DNA from: Protoeuglena noctilucae | Taxonomy: Eukaryota | Direction: 5' to 3' | DNA length: 64,000 nt | Assembly (NCBI GenBank): GCA_958009085.1 | Contig: OY253675.1 | Span: forward strand, 1,054,001-1,118,000 | Part shown: positions 1-14,020 of the stretch, in pieces | Numbering within the stretch: the first letter of the stretch is position 1 | Layout: each line of letters opens with the position of its first letter | Program-made: the position numbers and the translations under genes | Notes under the pieces: model-generated | What the model was told of the DNA's origin: nothing | What the model saw: only the letters and a program-made list of their open reading frames with translations | Databases searched by the model: none

Positions 1-285
1 AACAAGTGCACAGCGCCGCTATCGTGGCGTGGTCAAAGCAGCAAAGGTCACCAGCGCTTAGAAGGAACGCGAAAGGGATGGCGGATGGATGGCCACGGGT
101 GCGCAGGCTGAGAGGTCAGGGCCGCAGACGCAACAAGGGAATTGACGCGGAGAGCGCATGCTAGGGCGCTCTCTGATAGAAAGACGCGAAGGGAGGACAA
201 CGTCGGATTGGTGAAGAAAGCGGGGACAAAACTCTCTCGTGTGCTGCAGGCGACCCTCAGCACGGATCCCGGCCAAAATAACCAA

Positions 286-1066
286 TCACTCCTTCTTGTT
301 CGCCGGTGCGGTCTCGGTCGTCTTCTCATCCGGGCCCGAGGCCTGCTGAATCGTGCTGAGCACGGCCGTCCAGCCAATCATGACGGTGTTGATGTAAAGG
401 AGGCGCAGGTGGGACGGCACGAACCGGAAGTTGATGAGGTGAGCTAACGGCCACAACGCGTACCCGGCCAAGAGCGTCTGCGGGGATCGCGGAAGCAGCC
501 TCCCTGTCGCTCCCCATCAACGCATCACCCGCGCGAAAAGGGGCTCCTCCCTCGCCCGCTCTCCCAGCCTGCGTCGAGAACGACATATACTAAATTGCAT
601 CGGCTGATGTGCACTCAAAATCGACGCACCCGCCGCGCACCTTGGGAACCTTCTGCTTCCACTCCGCGTAAATGTCCGCGACGTCGACGCGGCGCTTGTC
701 GGCGACGTTCATCGCCGAGAAGAAAAGGCACGTGCTGACGGGCGTAAGCGCGAGCTGGTCGAGGGCCATCTTGGCGAGGATGGTCGCCGCGGCCTTGGGC
801 GCGTGGGGGAAGATGCGCGCGTCCAGGAAATTGTACCAGTAGTGGCCCATGGGCCCGCCGACGACCGTCCCGTAAACGGCCATACGCGCGAAGCGCTCCC
901 AGTCGAACTCCGGGGCCTTGCCCAGCGACTGGGCGAGCAGGTCCCCCAGGCCAAAGCCGGCCGTGCATGTCAGCGACTTGGTGAGGAGAGGAGAGGACAC
1001 GAGGCTGCGGTTGTAGGCCGTCCAGAGCGACTCGACAGTCGCCGTGAGGGCGGCCGCGGGGCTCAT
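286..1066 (-). CDS. Mpv17/PMP22 family membrane protein (2 exons)
   Basis: Motifs 'PLLTKSLT..GDLLAQ', 'DWERFARM', 'GHYWYNFLD', 'KMALDQL'. After an intron (~640-478) comes 'LWPLAHLINFRFVPSHLRLLYIN'. Confidence 0.9.
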
Positions 1067-1541
1067 GAGCGCAGCGACGCGACGAGGGCTTCCGGGGGCG
1101 GGCGATGGCGTCCGGCCTGCACATCGAGGGGCGGGAGGCCCTCGTCACTGGCCTCCCGGGCGCAGATGCCCCTCCCTCGTCGCGAGCCGCGGGAACTCAC
1201 CCAAAGGCCGGTTCATCGGCAGGCGAGGGACGAACGGGGGTCCCCAGCTGGCGGAAGCCCCCAAACGCTCGCGATGGTGACGTCGCTCGATAACGATGAT
1301 ACTCTGGGCTGGGGAGGTTGAATCGTGTTCGCTTCGACGCCGGTGGAAACACCTGTTTACTTGCGGGAGGGGAAGGTGGGAACACGTCGCGCCGCGCAGG
1401 GTCGACAATCCCACAGTCGGACCGCTAGCGCTCGCGCCATCGGTAGCTCAACCTTCGCGTAGAGGGCCTCAGTTACCCCGCAGCACTCCCACCCCGGCCA
1501 CCGGCACCGGGGTGGACCTGTGCATCGCCCGACGGCCGCAT

Positions 1542-3143
1542 ATGATTAACAGGTTCATCAGCTTCGTCACAGGCAGGGCAGAGCGGGCTCCGGAGGCTCA
1601 GGGAGAGGCCGAAGCCATGGTGAGCACGAGCTCGTGCCCATGCCTGCGGCCTGCGCCGCGTCTGGGTTCCGTTCCGCCGCGCGTGCATCCGATCGGCATC
1701 CTTGATTCTATCGCTACACATGTGGATCGTCGGCGCGCGCCCACGCCGACCCCTCGCGGCCCTCGCTCTGCGCCCAGGCCGGCTCGACACGCAGCCAGCG
1801 CGACAAGATTAAGGAGTTCCGGACGGTGACGGGGGCGTCCGAGACCGAGGCGAAGGTGAATCGTGGCGGATATCGCGCGCATCGGGTCGGCGCGCGACGG
1901 CCGGGGACACGGCCAGCAACTTCGCTCCGCGCGTGCCCGCAGGAGAAGCTGCGCGTGTGCGACTGGCGCGTCAACGCGGCGGTCGATCTCTATTACTCCG
2001 AAGATGCCCGCAACCAGCGCGGAGGCGCGCCTCGAAAGGCGGATGGCTCGACGACCCTGGTGAGCCCACAAGCAGGTGCTGTCCGGCGCGCGTGGGGCTC
2101 TGTGAACCCGCCGGACCGCATCGGACCCTTCTTGAGCGCAGTTTGAGAAGTATGTGGACAAGGAAGAGGGCAAGATCATGGCGGAGGGGGTCATCCAGTT
2201 CCTGCAGGTGACGTGACGGGGGCGTGCCGAGCAATCCCGGATGCCAGCAGCTGCGGTTGGCATCCAAGTGCTATCCTGTTATTACGCACTCTTCGCAGGA
2301 CCTGTCCGTGGACCCCTCGGACCCCGTGACGCTGGTGGTGGCGTACCACATGGGTGCGGAGACGACGGGGGAGTTCACGAAGCAGGAGTTCTTGAATGGG
2401 ATGAGGGCGATGCGGTGCCAGTCACTGCAAGAACTGCAGGCGAGCGAGGGGACGAGCGGGGGCTGGATGGGTGTGTTGCGAAGTGCGGCGTGCGTGCAGC
2501 GTGGGTGCATACCAAGGGACCACTCGTCGGCTCGCAGGCGCGGTTAGGGGATCTGCGGCGCTCCCTGGAGGACCCCCGGGTGTTCCGAGACGTGTACAAC
2601 TTCGCATACAGCTTCAGCTGCCCCAAGGCGAGGCCTGTTGCGATAGCTGGGCACACCACGCACCTGCCGCTGGGCAGTATGCCTTTTGTTGACGACAGGA
2701 TACCCACATCTCCCCCCCTGCACTACAGGGCCAGAAGGTGCTTCAGTTGGACGAGGCGTGCATGCTGTGGGAGCTGCTGATGGGGGAGCAGGGGTACCCC
2801 CACTTCCAGGCGTGGCTGAGGTTCCTCAAAGAGCACCACAAGCGGGCCATCAACAAGGTGAGAGGGGAGAGTGGATGTGGATGTCACAGTACCACAAGTG
2901 GGCCATCAACAAGGTGAGAAGGGTGGTACATGACAGCACTGTGAGGGGTCCTGGACTGGACCCACCCGCTCTCTTCGCCCCCATACATGCACACTCACTC
3001 TCTCCACGCAGGACACCTGGTCTCAGTTCCTGGACTTCACCCGCAACGTCAAGACCGACTTCTCCAATTATGACGCCGACGGGGGAGCGTGGCCCTACCT
3101 GATCGACGAGTTCGTCGACTTTGTCAAGAAGCAGGGGAAGTGA
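1542..3143 (+). CDS. DCN1: DCN1-like cullin neddylation protein (UBA-like + PONY domain), ~9 exons
   Basis: Spliced product 'SQRDKIKEFRTVTGASETEAK..LRVCDWRVNAAVDLYY..GEFTKQEF..FRDVYNFAYSF..GQKVLQLDEA..AINKDTWSQFLDF..NYDADGGAWPYLIDEFVD'. Start is ATG 1542 or 1617. Confidence 0.92.
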
Positions 3144-3659
3144 GAGGTTGAAAGGGGTTTTTTGGGGGTTTGGAATGGTGGAGCAGGGGAAGTGAGGGCG
3201 TTGGTGGGGGGGCGCTTGTCAAATAGCAGGGGGAGTGGGGAGACTGGGAGTGGCGGTGGTTTGAACGGTGGAGGGGAAGGCGATGAAAGTGTTGGCTTTA
3301 ACTGGGGTCCGACTGTCGCTCAGGCTGTTGAGCCATCACGGTCGACAGTCGCGATGGCGGCGGCAGCGGTGGACTCAGCAGTGACTGCCCATCTCGCAAC
3401 CACGCTTCAACTAGGGCCACCACTAAGAGCACATGCTGCGAAGAGGCAGGGTTGCCTGGCAGCACGAACGGTCGGTGGCCCAGCGTGCAAAGTAGCATGG
3501 CATGACGTGGCCCTCAGTAAGGCCCTCATGTTAGTCAGTCTTAATGACAGACTGAATGACCCTCACTGTCAATCGGCCTTCTTCGCTGCGTGGTCCTTTG
3601 GCGCTACCTCCTGGGTGGGAGAGGAGGAGAGTATTGGGGTGGCAGGGAGCACCAACAGG

Positions 3660-6563
3660 TCACGCAGGCACACTCGCTACCTGCAACCCGTTCCAGCATC
3701 TCTCGCATTCACTGCCACCACTCCCCCACAATGCAAGCAGCACCCCACGCCCGGTCCCCCTAAGCTCACCGGCTGCAGCGTGGGCCGCGCTTGCCTCCAC
3801 CTCTCTTGTTTGATGGCGCTGAGCTTGAGGTAGGCATCGGAGATGAAGCGGATGAGGGCTCCCAGGAACACCTTGGCCACCAACAGTGCCAGCCACCCCA
3901 CCACCACCCACGTCAACAGGCGGCCCTAAGTTGGGTTGAGAGCGGGGGAGAGAGAGGTAGGTGAGAAGGTGGGAGCAAGGGCAGGAGGCGAGAGTAGAGA
4001 CGGTAACCATGCACCATCCTTGCTCTGTCACCCTCATCTGACTATGTCTCATTGCCAACGCATCTCGCCAATCACTCCAGCAATCGCCATCTCCCATCGC
4101 CCATGCCCGTCCATGCGCCTCTCACCCTAGTAATGGCGATCTCCCCCTCGTCGATGAGCTCCCGTATGTCCCGAATGGCGATGACGGTGATGCGAATAAC
4201 CAAGGACGCGAGGGCCATGGGGTTGAACCCCAGCAGGGAGTGGAAGGTGTGGGAGTTCCCGCGGCGCGCCTTGCGGACCAGGTCAGTGGTGTACTCGGTG
4301 TAGATGCCCGGCTTCATGCTGCAGAACTTGGCCAAAAAGGAGTGCTGGGGGGAATCGAAGCCAGGCGACGTCACAGCAGTTGACACGTCCAAGTATTGCT
4401 GCTTGCCACGAGGCGTGGGGGTGGAAGAAAAGCACACCAGCACTGCCACATGCAGCCCCGCAACCATTTCTCGCTCCTGCTAACATGCTCTGTTCCACGC
4501 GCCCTGTTCTCTGCCCCCACCTTGACCGCGTCGACCGTCTGCTCCGTCACGAATATGAGGAAGAGGCTCCACGCGGCGTCCTTGGTGGGCACCCACCGCC
4601 GCATGTGCAGGAGGTGCTCCAACAGAACGAAGAGCTGGGAGAGGTGGGGAGAGACGGGGGTGGTTGGGGAGTACATGTCTAATGTGTGCGGTGAGTACAT
4701 GTTGATGGTGAGAGGCGAGCACATGTCGATGGTGGATGGACCAAGAGTAGATAGTTGCCACGACACTGCCACTACTTTCCCTCTCCATCCCTCTCTCCCT
4801 CATCCCATCTCACCAAACAAGTCGACAGTGTGAACCTCTCAATGATGTCCTGGATGGTCATCTTCTCCAGCCGATTGACGTCCCACTTCTTGAAGATGGT
4901 GCCCTTGACCTCAATGAAGGCGATGGCAATGAGCAGGCCAAACTGCGGGGGTGAGTGGGTGGGGTGATCAGCAGCTCGAGTGCGGCAGGCGAGAGAAGGG
5001 ATATATTATGCTTCACTATCCATCTAAACAGTGTTACTTAGTACCACTGCTCATGGTCCCTCCCTCACCAGCGCGTTCCCGGTCGAGTTGACGGCCACCG
5101 AGTAGGTGATGGCCATGACCAGCATCAGCACCGAGTGCATGGCGCACACGCCGAAGGCGATGAGGGCGTCGGATGCCAGAGAGAGGACGGCCACGTTCAC
5201 GTCCTTGCCGGCGCGGACTGCGGGTGCGGCGCGGGGAGGGCAAGTGAGTGGTAGCGTATGGGCAACACCATGTCATGCCGATGTGTCAGAAGAGAGGGAT
5301 TGTGGGCAGAATTGTGTCTTGTTAAAAACCAGCCAAAACAGATGCAACTATCTTCAAGTACCACTCGCAGTGCCACTCGCAGTACCATCCAATCGCTCCT
5401 CTGCCTCACCCGCGCTGACCATGCTTGCGGTGGACAGACCCATGGACTGCAGGGCGTCGACGGAGAAGGAGCAGAGGATCTTGTCGAGGATCTCGATCGT
5501 GTTCATCACCACGTACAGCTTGAGCACCTCCTGGGAGCGAATGTAGTGGTAGATCCACCCTGTGTTCTGCGTGTATAGCACGACGATGGTCAGTAATCAG
5601 GGTTGTTACTCAGTTCATGTGTGGTGACAGGAACACCATAGCAAGAACGTGAACATGACAAGTGGCACTCACCAGCCACAGCAGCAGCGCCGAGCACGCC
5701 ACCACTATCCCCATCCACAGCACGTCCGTCACATCGTCCGCCGTCACCCATGACATGGCCGCCCACACCCGGCCCAGCGCCTGCCACCCCGCATCGCGGC
5801 CCGAGCTCTCCCCGTCCCCACTGCCGTCCTCTGACACCCCCCTTTCCTCCGCAGGCACACCCGCCACCGCCCACTGCGCCCACCGCATCGCCGCCCCACG
5901 CCACCCCTCCCCACCTCCCGCACCCCCGCCGCCCTCGCCCGCCCCGTCCCCCTTGTTCCCCGCGCCCCCGCTCTCCCCCGCGCCCCCCTTTTCCAACCCC
6001 TCCCGTCCCCGCCCCCACGCGCCCACCGCCGCCAGCATCAGCTCCGCCGGCACCTCCCACGCCAGCCTCGCCACCGTGACGGCCACCCGCAGCGGCGTCA
6101 GCGTGACCGCCGCCACCACCGAGTCGCAGCACATGAGCCACCCGAAGATGACGTACCGCTCGACCTCCCACGGCACGCGGAAGAGCGTGTAATAGACGCG
6201 CTCCCGCTCGGTCAGGCCCCACCCTGTCACGCCCTTGTTGGGATCCGCGGTCTTGAACGTCGTCGGGTTCAGCTCCTCGGAAAGATACCGGCGGAACCCG
6301 GACCAGGCGGCGGAGAGCGCGGGCGGCGGGGCGGAGGGCGCGTCCTCGTCATCCGAAGCGCCCGCGGGGCCGTGACGCGACGACACGCGGGCCTCCATGC
6401 GGCGCGTGGGATCGAAGAGATCCGTAGAGAGCCCCGCGGTGGACGACAGGCCCCCATCGCCGTCCTCCGCCTCCTCCGCGATAGCCTCGGGGGCTGGCTT
6501 GCGCTCCAAACCCAGACGCGACGCGCGAAGGGGCGAGCCCCAGGGGCGCAGCGCCTCGGGCAT
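3660..6563 (-). CDS. TAPT1: TAPT1/POD1 (DUF747) ER membrane protein, multi-exon
   Basis: 'ERERVYYTLFRVPWEVERYVIFGWLMCCDS' and 'IYHYIRSQEVLKLYVVMNTIEILDKILCSF', followed by hydrophobic exons. Both ends are uncertain; an upstream exon near 6755-7005 is possible. Confidence 0.88.
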
Positions 6564-7673
6564 GCTCGACGTCGACGCAAGGGAGGTGTGGGCGCGCGCG
6601 GAGGCCGGCCCGCTGGGAGAGGCGAATCGCGGGTCTGTAGCACATGCGGACACCTAACGAGGCCCGCCCGGACGGCTCGCGCCACCCGCGGCAGGGTAAC
6701 CAGGGCCTGAAGTTAGAGTATGGCGACGGGTATCGCCTGCGATGCCGCACTCGCCTGAACAGTGCGTCGCTCGCGTCCTCCGCGGGTGTCTCCGGGGACC
6801 CCTCCGTGCGCGTCGCTGACGGGAGGTCCTGGTGGCCCTGCGCGTCGGCGGGCAGCGTCCCGCTGTCGACCGACGATCGACTGTCGTCGATGGAGTTGCG
6901 GGAAACGATAAGCTTGCGCAGGTTGTTGTGGGACACGGCCGTGAGCATGGAGATCGCTGCTCCGGAGACGCCCAGCTGCTGAGAGCGCCTCCGCATGCCA
7001 CTCATCGACCGCGTATGGGTTGGGTTGCGTCGAAGATGGATGCCGCGGCTGGTGCTGGCGCGGGGGCTCCCCGGCACCGAGGTCGCGTCCCTCTGGTCTT
7101 CCTCGTGAGCCGTTCTGCGAGCACACGGCGCCTCGGTCGCTACCCTATCCGACTGAGTCGAAACGCTTGTCTAGACGCGAGCTTCGATACGCGAAAAAGA
7201 CGCTCGCAGCCGGGCTGAGAGGCCAACAAACGTGACCGTACTCACCGGTCGTGCCCATCCCCGTAGCTGGGGCTCCCGCTGGTCTCCCGACGCAGCGGCT
7301 GGCCCAGTCCATCGTGCATGCTGTGCATGGTCAGAGTCGGACCCGGCGCAGCATCGGACGTCATAGCCCCACCGGGCCAGCTCAACGCACCACGCCCTCA
7401 GCGCACCACGCCACACCACAGTCACGCGCTTGGTGTTAGATACTCGATGCAGGTAAGGACCCCCCCGAGGCCATCAGCCCGCGCGTCCGACCGGCCTGGC
7501 AGACGGTCAGACGGTCCACTGGCGTGGGGCTTTCTCGGTTCTGGGCCGGGTCGCGCCTCGCATCTCCGCACTCTTCATTTGCTTCGTAACATTGCGCGCG
7601 CCACTGGAAGTCGGGTGCGTGACTGCTCGCTCTCATCGCCGAGTGTGCGAACAGTCGTCCTTTAGGGCCTGGG

Positions 7674-10600
7674 ATGGCCGCGGCAGCGGGCCTTTGGCCG
7701 CTCGCGGTGGGCCCCTCGCGGATGCATCCATGGACGAAGGTCGTCAGGGCGCACGCGGAGCCTTCCCGCCAGGGTGCGCGGCTGCTTTTTGGCTTCCTGG
7801 GATGCGTGCGGCGTTCGGAGCGCCGTTCGCGGTTCACGCGAGGCTTCCAGGGCTTGCTTGTTGCACATCTGTTCAATGAATACTCTAAGAGATAGCGAAG
7901 TCCGTTTCATTGCAATATCTTCTCTCCGCGTCTCGCAGGGGGCAAGACGGCCGGGCCCCCCTCGAGCGTCCCCGACTTCACTCCCATCGGCCGCCGGGAC
8001 GCCGGGGCCGGTCCTGATAGGCGCCGACATGAGAACTCGGGCGGCCGTTACGGGAATCGCGGGGACAGGCCGCCCCGGCGCGGCGAGGAGGGTGGCGCGG
8101 GCCCATCGACGTCGTCGCGCCCCCCGCGCCGCGACTCGCGGCCCGCGCGGGCGGCGGTGGCGAAGAGCGTCGCACCAGACGCCGCGGATTTCTTCAGCTC
8201 GACCCCGCTCCGGAATCTCGGCCTCTCCGGGCTTGCGGAAGAAGCCCTGGTGCGTGCGACGCTGTTGCGCGCGATACCTGCCTTTGGCCTGGCGTTCCAT
8301 AAACCCATCCTTGCTTTCATGTCCACGCAGGAAGCCATCGGCGTCTCGCGGCCCTCCCACGTGCAGGCGGCGACGTGGCGTGCGGTGGGGGCCGGGGCGG
8401 GTCATGTCTTGGTGGCGGACCATGCGGGGAGTGGCAAGACGCTGGCGTACCTCGTCCCCATCATCGATACCTTGAAACGCGACGAGGAGAGGGAGGCGAG
8501 TGCTGCTTTGGGGGATAAAAAGGGGGGCCGCGTTTGCAGGGAGCGGATGGGCGTGGGCGGGTGCTGGTCAACGGTGCTCCACTCTCCCACCTCTCATCCA
8601 CTCCCACTCCTTGCTCCACTCCCCCACCTCTCATCCACTCCCACTCCCTTCTCTACTCTCTCACTGATCATCAACTTGTTCACCGCTCATCCACTCTCCC
8701 GCTGCCCATCCACTCTCCCACCACCCATCTACCTGGCTTAACATCGCTCATCCACTCTCTCACCTCTCCAACAACCCCGCAGAACCGTCCCCTGACGACA
8801 CCCCGTGAGCCGCGGGCCCTGGTGGTGGCGCCTACCCAGGAGCTGGTGACGCAGGTGGTGGGGGTGGCCAAGTCTCTGTGTGCCACGGCGCCGCTGCGGG
8901 TGGCGGCCTTCACGGGGCAGGGGGGGAAGTGGTCTCAGCGGGAGATGCTGGAGGAGGTGAGGGGGTGCGGGTGGGGTGGGGTTGGGGTGGGGGAAGGGGT
9001 GAGTGAGAGCAGGGATAAGCGCGGGGTGCAGCGAGAACAGGGGTGGATTGCGGTGGCATGTTGCGGTAGATGGCACCCGGGGCATTGATGTTGCTGTCCC
9101 ATGATGACACTTCTACTGGTCCCCATTGCCCCCAGGGCATCGACGTGTTGGTGTGCACCCCCGGCCGCGTGCACGAGCTGGTGCAGGAGGGGGCGCTGTC
9201 CTTTCAGTCCTGCAGGATAGTCGTGCTGGATGAGGTGGACGTGCTGCTGGGGGACATGTCCGAGTTCCGGGAGCTGGTCGCGCCCATACAGGCGAGTGGC
9301 GCCACAGAGGGAGAGGTCACTAGTTGCGGATAAACAAAGGCTGGCTGTTGGCGCCCCACCACCCCTCGCCCCTCTCACCACCCCATCTCCACCCCTACCC
9401 CCCTCGCCCCTCTCACCACCCCACCCCTCCCTCCCCCCGCAGAAGGCGTGCCCCCCCACCACGCGCTTCTTCTTCGTCACGGCCACCATCCCCGAAAAGT
9501 GCCTGGATGACCTGGTGGCCGACTTCCCAGGGCTGACGCCCGCAGTCGGTAGGGGCTTGCACCGCCCCGCCCCGGGTGCCGTGGTGGTGGTGGTGGACTG
9601 CTCTGGGGGTGACCCCAGCGAGCACAACGCAGAAACGGCGTTCCGGAGGAAGTCGGAGGTGAGGGGGGTGGACTGTGAGTGGGTGGAGTGGGAGTGGCGG
9701 AGGAGCGGGGGGTTAGAAGCGAAGGGAGGGCTTTTGCTCTCGCCTTACTCTCACTGCCCTCCGCCACTCCTGCACTAACGTGCTATGCCACATCATTGTT
9801 GTCTCTCGTCCCCCTCCACCCCAGGCGCTGCTGGAGGCCCTGCGCCAGGTCCCCGCCACGCGCACCCTCGTCTTCTGCAACAAGGCGAGTGTAAATGAAC
9901 ACATGGGACTGGTGGCTGTTCATTAATTGACCCCACGCTTGTCTTCTGCAATAGGGTCGGCGACTCTGCACAGTCTCATCCCGCAGCAGTGACCCACACG
10001 CACCCCTGCCACCACCCTCTCCACTCACATCACTCACCCGTCTCATCGACCATCTCGCCACCTCTGCCCTCTCGCAGATCGAGTCGTGCCGCGACGTGGA
10101 GAATCTCCTCAACCGGAGGATGCACGGCGTGGTGGACGTGCTGCCCTACCACGCGGCCATACGGGGGGACGTCCGGGACAAAAACCTCGCCACGTTTCTG
10201 ACAAAGCCGGAGGGGCCGGCCGACCGACGCGTGCTCGTGTGCACGGACAGGTGAGGGGGTAGACTGTTCTGTGGGCGGGAGTGGGGACAGGGGTGGTGTT
10301 GACATGAGGGGGAGAGTGGCTCACCGGTGCGTGCCTCCCCCACTCGTTTACAATCACCACCCCTCCCCCCACTCGCTCGCCACCCTGTCCTCACTTGTTG
10401 GCAACTGAGTAGCTCTCTGCTCTCTCCCTCCCCTTCAGGGCCTCCCGTGGCGTGGACTCTTCATTTGTTGAACACGTGGTGCTGTTTGACTTCCCGAGGG
10501 ACCCCTCCGAGTACATCAGGCGTGTGGGGAGGACAGCGAGGGGCGCAGGGGGCAGGGGGCTGGTGACGGCGCTGGTGCTGGGGAGGCAGGTGAGGGTGGG

Positions 10601-10979
10601 GCAAGGGGTAAGGAATAAGGGTTTGGAGGTGACGTGACCTGGGTGGGTGGGAGGGGGGCGACTGCAGGTCGAGACGACGAGCTGCACTGATGCTACCCCA
10701 CCCTCTATGGCGAACCTGTCATGGTACCACCAGTGTTCATCGATTGCCAATCAACATAGATCGCCTCGTGCCTCATCGCAGGTGCCCTTGGCCAAGGAGA
10801 TCGTGGAGCGCAACGGCAAGGGCCTCCCCGTGCACCGCATCCCCGACATCGAGGACTTTGCGATCGGGTCCAGGGACTTCTACCGTCAGCACGTGTGGAG
10901 TGGGGATGCGGGGGTCGTTGCAGGGGGTGTTGCAGGGGACGGGGAGGGCGTGGAGATGGTGGACGTGGGCGAAGCGTGA
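7674..10979 (+). CDS. DEAD-box RNA helicase, plastid RH50-like, ~10 exons
   Basis: Q-motif 'PSHVQ', Walker A '[12 protein letters not shown]', 'APTQEL', 'TPGR', 'LDEVD', 'TAT', 'VFCNKIESCR', '[19 protein letters not shown]'. The N-terminus looks like a transit peptide; start approximate. Confidence 0.9.
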
Positions 10980-11128
10980 CGCGACGAGTGTCGAGTGGCA
11001 GAGCGCAGTTGCGGTTTGTGTAGTAAGCGCAAGCGTGACGCGACAAGAGTTTGAATGGAAGTAGTCCACAACAGCATGTGACATGGCATCTGTGTCGAGT
11101 GTGTTTGGATTCAACGCCGTTCATCACA

Positions 11129-12367
11129 TCACGGGGTCGTTGTCATGGCATGCGCCGCAAACAGGAGCGCGCTCTCAAACGTCACGGCCAGCGCCCCGCA
11201 CACGCCCAGCGCCTCCAGGAAAGCCCTCCGCGCTTGCTCCACGTCATCGGGACCCTTGTCGTTCCACCTGCGCATGGCCAGCACGGGGCAGCAACGTGAT
11301 GTGACGCGCGCTACCCACCACAGCACGTTCCCCACCAGCCGCACCCTTGGCAGCGCACAGCCCGTCGCATTCAAATGACCCTCACCAGTCGCGGTGAGCA
11401 CCCCTTACACTAGTCGTAGTAACCATTGCACGCTCATATGGCCCCTCACCAGTCGTAGTAAACGGAGTAGAAGGACCTCCATGCAACCATCAGCCCAAGC
11501 ACACCGATGGCTCCCGTGAAAGGCTCTAAGGGGGCACGCAGGGCGTAGGGCAGCGCCAGGGGACCGGCCAGGTCATTCACCCACCGCCCATTCACAGCGG
11601 CGACCTCCTGGGGGGTGTGGGTGTGTTGCGGAGGGTGATGGGGTGCTGCTGAGGGCGCATGGCATAGCAGGCCAAGGCACGGTTGCAGAGCAGAGCCTGG
11701 CGAGCTGAGCTGAGCCTCACCAGGACCCATTGGGACAGCGCGACCGGCTGCTGAACCACCCAAATGGCCGTGACCCGCTTGACCGTCTGCGGGGGGGGCA
11801 CGCTCTGCTTTGTGCCGCCCGAGAATGGACGCGCATAGCACCGCGGCGACAGTGGCATGGCAGCATCGCACCGTGGGCAGCGTGCTAGTCGCGTCCAGGC
11901 GGTATCCGCCGAGGAGCAGCGAGGCGAAGAACCACGTGAGGATGCTGCTGCCCGAGAAGCAGATGAACTCGGCGATGCGCTGCGGATTCGCGTGCAGCGG
12001 CGCGAGCCAACCCGGAAACGATGGGTCCGTCACGATGCCCGCTATCTGCTTCCCTGCGCGCGGGATTCAGGGGAGCACTACTTGCGCCTGCAAATCTGCG
12101 CAATCTGCGCCCCGACCGTCCTTTCCAGTCAGCCCCCGCATCCCATCGCTCACAACAGCTGAATGCCCATAACGCGGCGACATCCCCGACCACCAAATCC
12201 CGGTTCTCGAGCTGTCGCAGCGGCTCCTGTGCCGCGCAAGTCGTCCGGGGCCGTGGGCGCGTCGCTCGACTGCACAGGCCGGCGCTCAGGCCCCGTCGCA
12301 GTCGACTATGGCAGAGTCGGCATCGAGCAGACACAAAGAGAGCTTCGCCCGACCAGAGCCCGGTCAT
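11129..12367 (-). CDS. Hypothetical multi-pass membrane protein, probably plastid-targeted
   Basis: Arg/Ser-rich N-terminus, then spliced hydrophobic exons 'LVVGDVAALWAFSC', 'FPGWLAP..LTWFFASLLLGGY', 'GAIGVLGLMVAWRSFY'. Family not securely recognised. Confidence 0.6.
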
Positions 12368-13026
12368 GCGGGTCGCGCCATCACAGAGAAGGGGGCCCAG
12401 GGGGCGCGAGGACCTAAGCTGAAGAAGTTCTATCAACTGCGGTTGCCGAGATACGGTGCGGGCTGATATCGAGCGCGGCATGCGATGCGGCACCCGGGTT
12501 TACCCGCCAGGGAATGCTGCAGGCCATCACGGCGTCGCCCCGCACCCAGCTGCCTTTCCACAGCGCGATTCGGACCTGCTCTGCCTGTTGAATCTGTGAT
12601 TGATTGTCGAGCCATGCCCGGGACGCTGGTGGTGAGCGCCCTGTCGGCGCCGAGCGCGCGCGTCGCTCGCCAATGGGGGCCCGGTGCTAAAGGTGACTCG
12701 AAGTTGGCAGACCAGCTGAGAAAGTGCCCATCGCGCGCGCATCCCGAGGCGGCGCGAGTGTGGCTTACCCTCAACGGTTGTCGCCGCCCGCGGTTGCCGT
12801 AAAGGGCCTCCGCATTCGTTGCTTCAGCGCTTGAGACGTCCCTCTGCCGCGCCGCACTTTGCCCGGGACTCGCGCTTGGCCACGGATGCGCAAGAGAGCA
12901 AAGCAGCGCGGGCCAGGCAGCCAGTGCGCCCCAGGAGCCGGGCGATGAGGCGCGGTGGCCGAGGGTTGTATCCCACGCATCGAGACGTCCCTGTCAACTG
13001 CACCCTTGGCCAGTGCCAGGCTCGCT

Positions 13027-14020
13027 ATGCTCAACCATCTGTCGCGCACCGCAGGCTCCGTTGGCGTGGCGCCGGGGAGGAGGGCCGTGGTGGCGGGGGC
13101 CGTTTCCAAGCCCAAGGTAGGAGCCAAAGCGCAGGAAGACCAGCGGCGTCCGGCCTTTGCGCGGACCTCCGCTCGGGACGCGGGGTGCACACGATATTGG
13201 TGCAACCGCGTCTTGCTCCGCCCTTCCGCAGATCATCATCTCCGGGGCGCCCGCGTCGGGCAAGGGGACGCAGTGCGAGATCATCGTGCAGGAGTGGGGC
13301 CTGCCGCACATCTCCGCGGGGGACTTGCTGCGTGCCGAGGTGGCGGCGGGGACGGAGGCGGGCAAGCGGGCCAAGGGGTTCATGGACAATGGGCAGCTCG
13401 TGCCCGATGAGGCGAGAGGACGCGCGCCGCATCCTCGCGCCGACCGCGTGCCCGTGCGGGCCCGCCGCGACCGCCGCGCCCGTCGCTCCCCGCAGGTGGT
13501 GACGACGATGGTGAAGGGGAGGCATGCCCAGGCCGACTGCGTGGAGAAGGGGTGGCTTCTGGACGGGTACCCGCGGTCGGCGTCCCAGGCCAAGTCCCTG
13601 GAGGACGCGGGTATTGCCCCGGAGCTGGTGCTGGTGCTGGAGGTGCCGGATGAGGTGCTGATCGAGCGCGTGGTGGGGCGGCGCATGGACCCCGAGACGG
13701 GCAAGATCTACCACCTCAAGTTCAATCCGCCGCCCGCCGACGTCGCCAAGCGATGCGTCCAGGTATGGGGCTGATGCGGGCGGCTGGCGCGCTTGGTCGG
13801 TCGCTGCGTGACTCGAATGGGACGAGCTGTTCATCGAATCCGATGCTCGCAGCGGTCGGATGACACGGAGGACAAGGCCAAGGCGCGGCTGGAGGTGTTC
13901 TACAAGAACCAGGACTGCCTGAACGCGTATGTGGGGAAGATTGTCCGCATCGACGGCAACCGGACCAAGGAGGTGGTGTTCGCCGACATCAAGCGGGCCA
14001 TCGACTCGGCCTTCAACTGA
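13027..14020 (+). CDS. ADK: Adenylate kinase, plastid type (4 exons)
   Basis: P-loop 'IISGAPASGKGTQC', 'HISAGDLLR', 'GWLLDGYPR', lid 'GRRMDPETGKIYH', 'QRSDDTE'. Confidence 0.96.

Noticed and set aside
8575..8760. Short tandem duplications and simple repeats in introns (also 4660-4735, 27555-27610, 55330-55440)
   Set aside because: Ordinary low-complexity intronic repeats, relevant only as background for the echo finding.
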